Shown here in pieces: positions 56,438 to 64,000 of a stretch of DNA of 64,000 bases. The position numbers were made by a program, and so were the translations under genes. Within the stretch, counting starts at the first letter, position 1, and the number at the start of each line of letters is the position of its first letter. This DNA comes from Clostridia bacterium (GTDB taxonomy: Bacteria; Bacillota; Sulfobacillia; JAJZYS01; JAJYTV01). Location: positions 69,669 through 133,668 of the forward strand of contig DAIBJA010000078.1 of the NCBI GenBank assembly GCA_027420455.1. Reading direction: 5' to 3'. Below the pieces are notes generated by a model. The model saw only the letters and a list, made by a program, of their open reading frames with translations. It made no database searches and was not told where the DNA came from.

Positions 56438-56853
56438 CAGGCGTCACTCGGCTGCAGCAGCTCGATCTCGTAGCCGTCGGGGTCGTCGATGAAGGCAAGC
56501 GCCGACCCGCTCTCGCTGAAGTGCGGCCCGTCCGTGAACGGAATGCCAAGGGCATTCAGCCTCTCGCCCGTCTCGCGCAGGTCGGCGACGGCGAGCGCGA
56601 TGTGAAAGATGTCCTCGGGGAAGCGGAATTCGCCCTCGCCCGGTTGGAAGCAGAGCTCGATCTCGTGCCCCGAATCCGGGTCGCGCATGAAGGCGAGACG
56701 GTTGCCGCGGGGCGACGTCTGGGCCCCCGCCTCTTCGAGGCCCAGCACGTCACGGTAGAAGGCGATCGAACGCTCAAGATCCCGTACGCGAATGCGCGTG
56801 TGCAGGATGCGCAAAGGCTGATTCCTCCCAGGGCCCGGCTTCCAGATGCTCAC
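56437..56853 (-). CDS. VOC-family lactoylglutathione lyase (glyoxalase I-like)
   Basis: ILHTRIRVRDLERSIAFYRDVLGL...GYEIELL. Its stop overlaps the start of the MBL gene. Confidence 0.8.
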   Translation of the reverse strand: MSIWKPGPGRNQPLRILHTRIRVRDLERSIAFYRDVLGLEEAGAQTSPRGNRLAFMRDPDSGHEIELCFQPGEGEFRFPEDIFHIALAVADLRETGERLNALGIPFTDGPHFSESGSALAFIDDPDGYEIELLQPSDA

Positions 56854-56901
56854 CCATTCATTCTTGCCCTATGCCCTCGCTCCTTCCTTCAGCGGCCGAG
56901 G

Positions 56902-57708
56902 CTAGTCGACGCGGTAGCTGAGACGCTCCACGGCAAGGAACAGCAGCGCCGAGAACACGAGGAGCATCACCCCGTCCACGAGCCAGACGACGGCTGTGGC
57001 GTGCCCCGTCAGGAGATGCAGCAGAAGACGCACGCCGTAGGTGGAGGGCAGGATGTCCGAGAGGGCGACGAGCGGCAAGGGCAGGCGGCTTGCGGGGATG
57101 ATGCCCAGGAAGAGGACGGCCATCATGACAAGATTGCCAGTGAGACCCGCGAGTTCGCCATCGCGCGATGCCATGCCCAGGAGAGCGCCTATGCCGGATA
57201 GCGCGACGCCGGTGCCGAGGATGACCGGCACGAGCCCCCATGAGATGACGAGGTGCACCCCGTAGAAGAGTGCCCCGACCGTAAGTACCACGGCGATGCC
57301 GGGCAGCGCGAAGATGAGGTAGGCGACCAGGATCGCCAGGATGACGGCGGAATTGGCCACCGGCAGGGTGTGGTAGTAGTCGAAGGTGCGGTTCTGGCGC
57401 ATCCAGGCCACCTGCTGCGCGAGCATGGCGATCGCCGTGATGGTCACCGACAGCACCACATTGCCGCTGATGATCTGCAGCGCGAGAGCGGCGCTCGGAT
57501 GGCTCGTCATCGCCCGCAGCAGGATGGCGATGCCGCTCGGCATCGCCGAGGAGACGATGATGTACTGCCGCCAGCTGCGCCGTGCGCGCGCCAGCTGCAT
57601 GGAGAGCAGCACCCAGAACGCCGCGAAGGCCCCGGCCTTGCCGGAGGCATGGTCAGTGCGCATCGCTATGACCCTCCGTGTCGTGGTAGGCAAGATAAAC
57701 ATCCTCAA
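56902..57708 (-). CDS. ABC-2 type transporter permease
   Basis: Polytopic 268 aa protein; overlaps the upstream ATPase gene. Confidence 0.65.
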   Translation of the reverse strand: MRMFILPTTTRRVIAMRTDHASGKAGAFAAFWVLLSMQLARARRSWRQYIIVSSAMPSGIAILLRAMTSHPSAALALQIISGNVVLSVTITAIAMLAQQVAWMRQNRTFDYYHTLPVANSAVILAILVAYLIFALPGIAVVLTVGALFYGVHLVISWGLVPVILGTGVALSGIGALLGMASRDGELAGLTGNLVMMAVLFLGIIPASRLPLPLVALSDILPSTYGVRLLLHLLTGHATAVVWLVDGVMLLVFSALLFLAVERLSYRVD

Positions 57709-58585
57709 GCGACGGGCTCACGATCCGAAGGTCGTCGATCTGGGCGCTGACCGCAGGCCCCGCAAGGTGCTGAAGCGCCTCGCCCAGGCGCGGGCGGTCG
57801 AGCGTCAGGCTGAAGCGCCGCTCTCCGATCTGCCTTGCGCCGGCGAGCCACTCCCCGACGTCCGGTCCATCCTCGCGCAGGGCGATCTCGAGGCGCACCT
57901 TGGCGTTGAGACGCTCCTTGAGGTCACCCGGAGTCCCGATAGCCGAGATCCGCCCGCGGGCCATGATAGCGACCCGTCCGACGACGCGCTCGGCCTCGAG
58001 TACGTTGTGCGTCACGAGGATGATCGTGGTGCCCGCCTCGCGCCGACGCATCAGCATGTCCCAGACGCGGCGGCGCGCCACCGGGTCGAGTTCGTTCGTC
58101 GGCTCGTCCAGGATCAGGATCGGCGGGCTGCCGACGAGCGCGGTGGCGATTCCGACGAGCCGGTGCTCGCCGCCAGAAAGGTTGCCTACCAGGCGATCCT
58201 GGCGATCCAGCAGGCCGATCTCGTCCAGAAGCTCCTTGGCCTCGCGCTCCGCGGCCGAGCGTCCCAGGCCGCGCAGGCGGCCAGTGGCCACCACCGCCTC
58301 GCGGACCCGCAGGTCGAAGAGGGCCAGCGGCCGCTGGGCAAGATAGCCGACCGCCTGGCGCACACGGCGATCGTGCGCACGGACACGCTCTCCGTGCAGC
58401 CGGATCTCCCCGCTCGTGGGCACACTCAGGCCGACCATCTGCTGCACGAGCGTCGATTTTCCGGCGCCATTGGAGCCGAGAATGCCGAACACCTCGCCCG
58501 CCTCGATCGCAAAGTCGAGGCCATCGTTCGCGTGCACGTCGCGGCCGTAGATCTTGTGCAGATCGCGGATCTCAAACGCCGCCAT
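57653..58585 (-). CDS. ABC transporter ATP-binding protein (DrrA-like)
   Basis: GSNGAGKSTL, LSGGEHRLVGIA, ILILDEPTNELD. Confidence 0.9.
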   Translation of the reverse strand: MAAFEIRDLHKIYGRDVHANDGLDFAIEAGEVFGILGSNGAGKSTLVQQMVGLSVPTSGEIRLHGERVRAHDRRVRQAVGYLAQRPLALFDLRVREAVVATGRLRGLGRSAAEREAKELLDEIGLLDRQDRLVGNLSGGEHRLVGIATALVGSPPILILDEPTNELDPVARRRVWDMLMRRREAGTTIILVTHNVLEAERVVGRVAIMARGRISAIGTPGDLKERLNAKVRLEIALREDGPDVGEWLAGARQIGERRFSLTLDRPRLGEALQHLAGPAVSAQIDDLRIVSPSLEDVYLAYHDTEGHSDAH

Positions 58586-58745
58586 CCCCAGACCTCCAAT
58601 CTCGGCCCCATTCTCGCCGATAGGAGGCCTGCCGCGTCACGAGCGGGAGCACACCGGTTTTGTGCCTTGCGTCACATCGCCGGAGGTTCCCCAGGGCGAT
58701 GCGTGGAAATCTCCATCGGATCGGCTCGCTTTTCGTCGAAGGGGG

Positions 58746-59936
58746 ATGGCCTTGGCGGAGCGCGATTTTCCGGATGGCTTCCTGTTCGGCGCCGCGACAT
58801 CCGCCCACCAGGTCGATGGCGGCAACGCGGGCTGCGACTGGTGGGAGTGGGAACAGCGAGGAGGCTCCAAGGATCCCTCAGGCGACGCCTGCGACCACTA
58901 CCACCGCTACCCCGAGGACATCGCGCTGCTGCGCGATCTCGGCCTGAAGAGCTACCGCTTCTCGGTCGAATGGGCGCGCATCGAGCCCGAGGAAGGCCGC
59001 TTCGATCCCGCCCCCCTGGACCATTACCGGGCCATGGTGGACGTGTGCCGCGAGGTCGGTGTCGAGCCGGTTGTCACGCTCTATCACTTCACCCTGCCGA
59101 CATGGCTCAGCCGGCGCGGCGGAGTGCTTGCACCTTCTAGCGCACAGCTCTTCGCGCGCTACTGCCGCGAGGTGGCAAGGTCCCTCAAGGGCCGGGTGCG
59201 CTGGGTACTCACGATCAATGAACCGATGATCCTCGTGCTCATGGGCTATCTGCAGGGCGTCTGGGCACCAGGACTGCGCTCACCCGCGGCCGCCGTCCGC
59301 GCGGCGCACCGTCTGGTCGCCTGGCACCGCGAGGCCGCGGCGGCGATCCGGCAGGTCGACCCGGGGATGCAGCTCGGCATCGCAAAGCACTGGATCGACT
59401 TTCAGCCGCTCGATGTCACAAATGGCCTGCACCGGGCGGGCAGCGCGCTCCAGCACCGACTCTTCAACCGCTGGTACCTCGATCAGGTGAAGAGCCTTTG
59501 TGACTTCATCGGCATCAACTACTACGCAAGGCAGTACACAACTGGCCTCGTGCACCAGGTTCCCCTCGCGAACGCGGGCGATCCACACACCGACATGGGC
59601 TGGTCGATCGCTGCGGAGGGCCTACAGGCTGCGCTTGAGGAGGCCGCAACCTACGGCCTGCCGCTTATGGTGACCGAGAACGGCATCGCCTGCGAGGATG
59701 ACCGGGAGCGCATCCGCTACATCGACAGCCACCTTGCGTCCGTGCTCGCGGCCATGGCGCACGGGGCAGACGTCCAGGGCTACCAGTACTGGTCGCTGCT
59801 CGACAACTTCGAGTGGGCCGAGGGCTACCGGCCGAAGTTCGGTCTCGTCGCCGTCGACCGTACAACGCAACTCCGCACCGTGAGGGAGAGCGCACGCCAC
59901 CTGGGCGAGATCGCGCGAAGCGGTCGCCTTGTCTGA
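58746..59936 (+). CDS. GH1 beta-glucosidase
   Basis: FPDGFLFGAATSAHQVDG, TINEP, VTENGIA, KFGLVAVD. The start MALAERDF is inferred. Confidence 0.85.
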   Translation: MALAERDFPDGFLFGAATSAHQVDGGNAGCDWWEWEQRGGSKDPSGDACDHYHRYPEDIALLRDLGLKSYRFSVEWARIEPEEGRFDPAPLDHYRAMVDVCREVGVEPVVTLYHFTLPTWLSRRGGVLAPSSAQLFARYCREVARSLKGRVRWVLTINEPMILVLMGYLQGVWAPGLRSPAAAVRAAHRLVAWHREAAAAIRQVDPGMQLGIAKHWIDFQPLDVTNGLHRAGSALQHRLFNRWYLDQVKSLCDFIGINYYARQYTTGLVHQVPLANAGDPHTDMGWSIAAEGLQAALEEAATYGLPLMVTENGIACEDDRERIRYIDSHLASVLAAMAHGADVQGYQYWSLLDNFEWAEGYRPKFGLVAVDRTTQLRTVRESARHLGEIARSGRLV

Positions 59937-59985
59937 AACCAGAGATCCTGCACGCCGATCCATTACCCGGAGGAGTTGAGACCCC

Positions 59986-61248
59986 GTGCCGCCACTTCAT
60001 TTCAGCTGGGATTCGGACGGCCGAGCCGTGTTCGCGGGCGCCCCCGTCAGCGGTCTCGCCTCGGCGTTCGGTACACCGCTCTACCTCTACGACGAACGGG
60101 ACCTCACCGCCCGCATCGAGGCCTACAGCCAGGCATTCGGCAAGGAGAACGTCGCCGTCGCGGCCAAGGCCTTCCTCACCGGTCGCCTGCTGGATCTGGC
60201 CCAGGCCGCAGGCCTCGGGCTCGACGTGGTCAGCGAAGGAGAACTCGAATTCGCCCTGCGCCTCGGCTTCCGGCCGGAGCGCATCATCATGCATGGACTC
60301 CATAAGCCAGCCTCGGCCCTGCGCACCGCTGCGAGGCAGGGCGTCGGCCTTGTCGTGCTCGAATCGCCCGGTGAGGTCGAGGAGACTGTCCGCGTCGCGC
60401 GTCAGGAGAAGGCGCGGATTCCGGTGCTGCTGCGACTCGCCCCCGCCGTCGACGTGCACACCCATCCGTCGCTGGCGACGGGCGCGCCCGCGAGCCAGTT
60501 CGGGGTGCCGATCGCGGACGGTCAGGCTCTCGAGACGGTGCGCCTTCTGCTCTCCGCGGAGGACGCGATCGATTTCAAGGGCTACCACATGCACGTCGGC
60601 TCGCAGATCGCGACGCTCGATCCCTTTCTCTCCGGCGCAGCGGCTGTCGCCACCTTCGCCCGCACGGTGTTCAGCGAGACCGGCTCCTGGCCGGAGATCC
60701 TGGACCTCGGCGGCGGTCTCGGCATCAGCCCGGATTCTCCCTCACCGGCGAGCCTTAGGCAGGCGTACGCGGCCACGATCGCCCCGATCCTGAAGAGTGG
60801 TCCCATGCCGCGGCTGATGACGGAGCCGGGCCGCTACATCGTCTCCCCGCCGGGCGTCACGGTCTACCACATCGTGCAGCGCAAGACGGCCGCGGACGGT
60901 CGCACCTACCTGATCGTCGACGGCGGCATGTCCGACGGACCGCGGCCGGCGCTCTACGGCGCCAGGCCCGAGCTGGCCGTGTCGCCAGATCGCAGCGGCG
61001 AGGAGCTGGTGGACATCGCCGGCATGCACTGCGAGAGCGGCGACATCGTGCGCCGCGATGTCCGGGTGACGTCGACGGAGGTGGGCGACCTGCTCATCGT
61101 GTTCGACACCGGCGCATACAACCACTCGATGGCATCGCACTACAACCGCGTGTCCGTGCCGCCCGTGGTGTTCGTCAAGGACGGCGTCGCGCGTCCCGCG
61201 ACACGCCGGGACAACCTGAGCGACTGGCTTCGCCTGGAGGTCCGCTAG
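59986..61248 (+). CDS. Orn/DAP/Arg-type PLP-dependent decarboxylase (LysA-like)
   Basis: FGTPLYLYDE, VAVAAKAF (PLP lysine), LDLGGGLG, CESGD, DTGAYNHSMAS. Confidence 0.8.
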   Translation: MPPLHFSWDSDGRAVFAGAPVSGLASAFGTPLYLYDERDLTARIEAYSQAFGKENVAVAAKAFLTGRLLDLAQAAGLGLDVVSEGELEFALRLGFRPERIIMHGLHKPASALRTAARQGVGLVVLESPGEVEETVRVARQEKARIPVLLRLAPAVDVHTHPSLATGAPASQFGVPIADGQALETVRLLLSAEDAIDFKGYHMHVGSQIATLDPFLSGAAAVATFARTVFSETGSWPEILDLGGGLGISPDSPSPASLRQAYAATIAPILKSGPMPRLMTEPGRYIVSPPGVTVYHIVQRKTAADGRTYLIVDGGMSDGPRPALYGARPELAVSPDRSGEELVDIAGMHCESGDIVRRDVRVTSTEVGDLLIVFDTGAYNHSMASHYNRVSVPPVVFVKDGVARPATRRDNLSDWLRLEVR

Positions 61249-61250
61249 CG

Positions 61251-62171
61251 GTGGAAACACCCCGGGTAGTGGTCGTCGGCCCGGCCTACCTCGACGTCGT
61301 GGCCGCGGCCATGCCAGAGTGGCCGGAGCTCGGGCAGGAGGTCTTCACCGACCAGGTGGAACTCGCGGCCGGCGGGTTCGCGATCGCGACCGTCGCGCTC
61401 AGGCGTCTGGGCGTGCCCGTGGGGCTCGGCACCGCCTGCGGTGCGGATGGGCCGGGCACGTACCTCTCCGGCCTCCTGGCGGCGGAGGGCGTCGCCTGCG
61501 CCGGCCCCGTCATCGCGCGCACGCCAGTGACGGTGGCACTGAACCGCGCTGGCGACCGCGCCTTTGTCACGGCGGGGCCGCCCGATGCGCAGAGCCTGCT
61601 CGCGGCCGGCACCGCGGCCCTCGGGCAGTGGCCGGAGGCGAGGTGGCTCCACCTCTCGGGGCGCGGTCCCTGGTCGGCCGCAGTGGCTGCGTCGGCGCGC
61701 AAGCGGGGGCTCTTCATATCCCTCGACTGCGGCACGGATCCGACGTGGCTTGCGAGCGACAGCTTCCGGGATCTCCTGGCCTGCGTCGACCTCTACCTGC
61801 CAAACGCGCGCGAGGCCGCCTGCGTGACCGGCAGAAACGAGCCAACCGAGGCGGCGTCCGCACTCATGGACATGGTGCCGCAGGCCATTGTGAAGCTCGG
61901 CGCGGAAGGCGTCCTCAGCACCTCGGGCCAGACGGTCCGGCATCACCCGACCCAGCCGCTCCATGTGGTGGACGCCACTGGTGCCGGAGACGTCTTCGAC
62001 GCAGGCTACATCGCGGGGCGACTTTACGGGTTTTCAGAGGATGACGCGATCGCACTCGGCCAGTTCGCGGCCGGCAAGGCCATTGGCGCCCTCGGCGGCG
62101 CGACATCCGCGCCCACGCGGGCGATGTGCCAGGAGGCCCTCGGTCACCTGCCCTGGCCTCTTGATGTCTAA
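61251..62171 (+). CDS. PfkB-family carbohydrate/nucleoside kinase
   Basis: DATGAGDVFDAGYIAG anion-hole motif. Confidence 0.8.
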   Translation: METPRVVVVGPAYLDVVAAAMPEWPELGQEVFTDQVELAAGGFAIATVALRRLGVPVGLGTACGADGPGTYLSGLLAAEGVACAGPVIARTPVTVALNRAGDRAFVTAGPPDAQSLLAAGTAALGQWPEARWLHLSGRGPWSAAVAASARKRGLFISLDCGTDPTWLASDSFRDLLACVDLYLPNAREAACVTGRNEPTEAASALMDMVPQAIVKLGAEGVLSTSGQTVRHHPTQPLHVVDATGAGDVFDAGYIAGRLYGFSEDDAIALGQFAAGKAIGALGGATSAPTRAMCQEALGHLPWPLDV

Positions 62172-62184
62172 GGAGGTTCGCAGC

Positions 62185-63561
62185 ATGCGATCCGTGGAGA
62201 AGGTCGCGGTGATCGGTGGCGGCGGCGTGCGCGTGCCGCTGCTCCTGCATGGGCTTCTGCGCCGCAGCCGTCAGCTTGCGCTCGATGAGATCGTGCTCAC
62301 CGACTCTTTGCCTGGGCGCGCGCAGCTGGTGGCCGCACTCGGCGAGGCGATGCGCCAGGAGCTCGGTTCGGGGACCGCGATCCGTGTCAGCGAGGATCTG
62401 GACGACGTGTTCGAAGGAATCTCCTTCGCGTTCTCGGCGGTGCGCACCGGCGGTGCCGAGGCGCGCATCCTCGACGAGCGCATTGCGCTCGCCCACGGCC
62501 TGATCGGCCAGGAGACGACCGGCATCGGCGGCATGTCGATGGCTCTGCGCACCATCCCTGTGGCGCTCTCGCTGATCGAGCGCATGGAGCGCCGCGCCCC
62601 GAACGCCTGGTTCCTCAATTTCACGAATCCCTCCGGCCTGATCGTCGAGGCCCTGCACGAGGAGGGCCACGAGCACGTGGTGGGGCTGTGCGACGCGCCG
62701 TCGGGCCTCAAGGGCGATCTCTGCCGCTATCTCGGCGTCGATGAGGACAAGGTCTCGATCGCCTACCAGGGTCTCAACCACCTGGGCTTCATCCAGTCCG
62801 TGCGCATCGAGGGCATCGAGGTCTTGCCGGCGCTCCTCGAAGGCGCCGAGGACCTCTGCGCCGGTGTGCGCACGCTCGGCTTCTTCGGGCCGGATCTGAT
62901 CCGGGGGCTTGGCCTGCTGCCCAACGAGTACCTCTACTACTTCTACCGGCGACAGGCGGCCTACGAGCGGGAACGGGCCCTCGACCAGACGCGGGGCGAG
63001 ATGGTCCTCGCGTGGAACGAGCGGCTCTATGCCGATCTCGCGGAAGCCTTGGCCCGCGGTGACGGTCAGGATGCCCTGGCCCGCTACCGGACGATCCTGG
63101 CCGCCCGGCGCAACTCCTACATGTCCGAAGTGACCGCGAGCCGGCACGATCGCGGCATCACGGCGGACACGATCTTCACCGAGGAGGGCTACGAGGGTCT
63201 GGCGCTCCGCGTGATGACGGCACTTGCCGGCCATGGTGAGCAGGAGCTCCACCTGAACGTGCCCAGCCGTGGCGCCACGGATCTCCTGATGGCGGACGAG
63301 GTCGGAGAGCTCACCTGCGACGTGGACGAGCATGGCGCCCACCCAAGGCCCGCGGTACCGCTGCCCTTCGGTCCTCGCGGCCTCGTGCGCCAGGTCAAGG
63401 ACTATGAGCGCCTGACCGTGCGCGCAGCCCTCTATGGCGACCGCGAGGCTGCCCTGCAGGCTGCGATGGCCCATCCCCTGATCGGCGATCGCAGCGTGGC
63501 CGCGTCCTGCCTCGACGAGCTCCTCGAGAGGCATCGCGACCATCTGCCGCAGTTCGCCTAG
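62185..63561 (+). CDS. GH4-family glycosidase (6-phospho-glucosidase-like)
   Basis: KVAVIGGGGVRVP NAD-binding N-terminus, FLNFTNPSG, GLCDAP, GLNH. ATG with an AAGGAGG RBS. Confidence 0.8.
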   Translation: MRSVEKVAVIGGGGVRVPLLLHGLLRRSRQLALDEIVLTDSLPGRAQLVAALGEAMRQELGSGTAIRVSEDLDDVFEGISFAFSAVRTGGAEARILDERIALAHGLIGQETTGIGGMSMALRTIPVALSLIERMERRAPNAWFLNFTNPSGLIVEALHEEGHEHVVGLCDAPSGLKGDLCRYLGVDEDKVSIAYQGLNHLGFIQSVRIEGIEVLPALLEGAEDLCAGVRTLGFFGPDLIRGLGLLPNEYLYYFYRRQAAYERERALDQTRGEMVLAWNERLYADLAEALARGDGQDALARYRTILAARRNSYMSEVTASRHDRGITADTIFTEEGYEGLALRVMTALAGHGEQELHLNVPSRGATDLLMADEVGELTCDVDEHGAHPRPAVPLPFGPRGLVRQVKDYERLTVRAALYGDREAALQAAMAHPLIGDRSVAASCLDELLERHRDHLPQFA

Positions 63562-63617
63562 CTGGCCGAAGCCCATGCGGGAGTCGGTCGGGACAGGATC
63601 GCGTTTGGCGGCAGGAG

Positions 63618-63898
63618 TTGAAGGCGGCCCTCGGCTCGGGCGGCGCCTTGGTGGCGGTTGAGACGGCAGTGCTGACGCATGGCCGTCACCGCCAGGCCTT
63701 GCGGCGATGTCCCGCATGTCGCGTGCGGTGCGCGATGAGGACGCCCTTCCGGCGGTCCTCGGCATCCTGGGCGGACAGCCCACCCTCGGTCTCACCGAGG
63801 CGGAGTGGCCGGCCTTGTTCGAGGGCCCTCGGAACTGTTCGCTGCGGGATTTCGATCCTCGAGAGGTGAGCTTCCAGGCGGAACTCAGAACACGATGA
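63618..63898 (+). pseudogene. psuG: Pseudouridine-5'-phosphate glycosidase remnant (frameshifted and 3'-truncated)
   Basis: ALVAVETAVLTHG (frame 1) is followed, after a shift near 63685, by WPSPPGLAAMSRMSRAVRDEDALPAVLGILGGQPTLGLTEAEW...CSLRDF. This matches PsuG residues ~30-100. The ORF stops at 63898, so about two-thirds of the gene is missing. Confidence 0.5.
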
Positions 63899-64000
63899 GC
63901 AGCCGGCCGCGCACGCCGCCGGCCATCAGCCTGTGATGCGCCTCTCCCGCCTCTTCGGGCGGGAACGTCTCGGCGACGCGCGGGGTCAGAACGCCGGCGC
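63885..64000 (-). CDS. C-terminal end of a quinone oxidoreductase / MDR-family protein (partial at window edge)
   Basis: The minus-strand translation ...VAETFPPEEAGEAHHRLMAGGVRGRLLIVF-stop is a typical C-terminus of zeta-crystallin-like reductases. Confidence 0.45.
   Translation of the reverse strand, partial: AGVLTPRVAETFPPEEAGEAHHRLMAGGVRGRLLIVF

Overview
This is a high-GC (by eye about two-thirds G+C) bacterial chromosome segment. Gene order looks Bacillota-like: a purE-B-C-S-Q-L-F-M-N-H-D operon with PurR-type PurBoxes, a yerC-like gene, and trpS beside an spx-like gene. The window splits into three parts. (1) nt 1-~8255 is the distal part of a Tn7-like transposon. It carries tnsB (cut by the window edge), a tnsC/tniB ATPase and two paralogous TnsD/TniQ target selectors. 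No cas genes are visible. The cargo is a Clp-fold SDH-family serine protease plus a small acidic protein, and G+C is visibly lower than in the rest of the window. (2) nt ~8180-11300 is a decayed accessory zone. Two different terminal-repeat families meet at a 6-bp junction, consistent with a candidate transposon L end next to an orphan Tn7-type end that points the other way. The zone also holds a TnpB C-terminal/omega-RNA-like remnant, a multiply disrupted MarR pseudogene and a one-gene low-GC islet (YdeI-like). (3) The remainder is ordinary housekeeping and transport DNA: ABC-2 exporters, MFS transporters, PiT/DUF47, lpd, hslO, gmk, trpS, the pur operon, putA-like PRODH, DtxR, glyoxalase I/II and GH1/GH4 sugar genes. 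The most interesting non-obvious observations are as follows. First, an Spx/ArsC-family gene (31712-32056) has an in-frame TGA exactly where the first Cys of the CXXC motif should be; it is either a UxxC selenoprotein candidate or a fresh pseudogene, and the ORF track shows only its 3' fragment. Second, a MoaD/ThiS-like domain is fused to a MoeZ-type E1-rhodanese and translationally coupled to a JAMM peptidase. Third, the transposon end junction described above. Several gene remnants are also called (MMPL, psuG, a COG4705-like frameshift). All functional calls rest on motif and family recognition by eye; no searches were run. Non-ATG starts and element boundaries are inferences.
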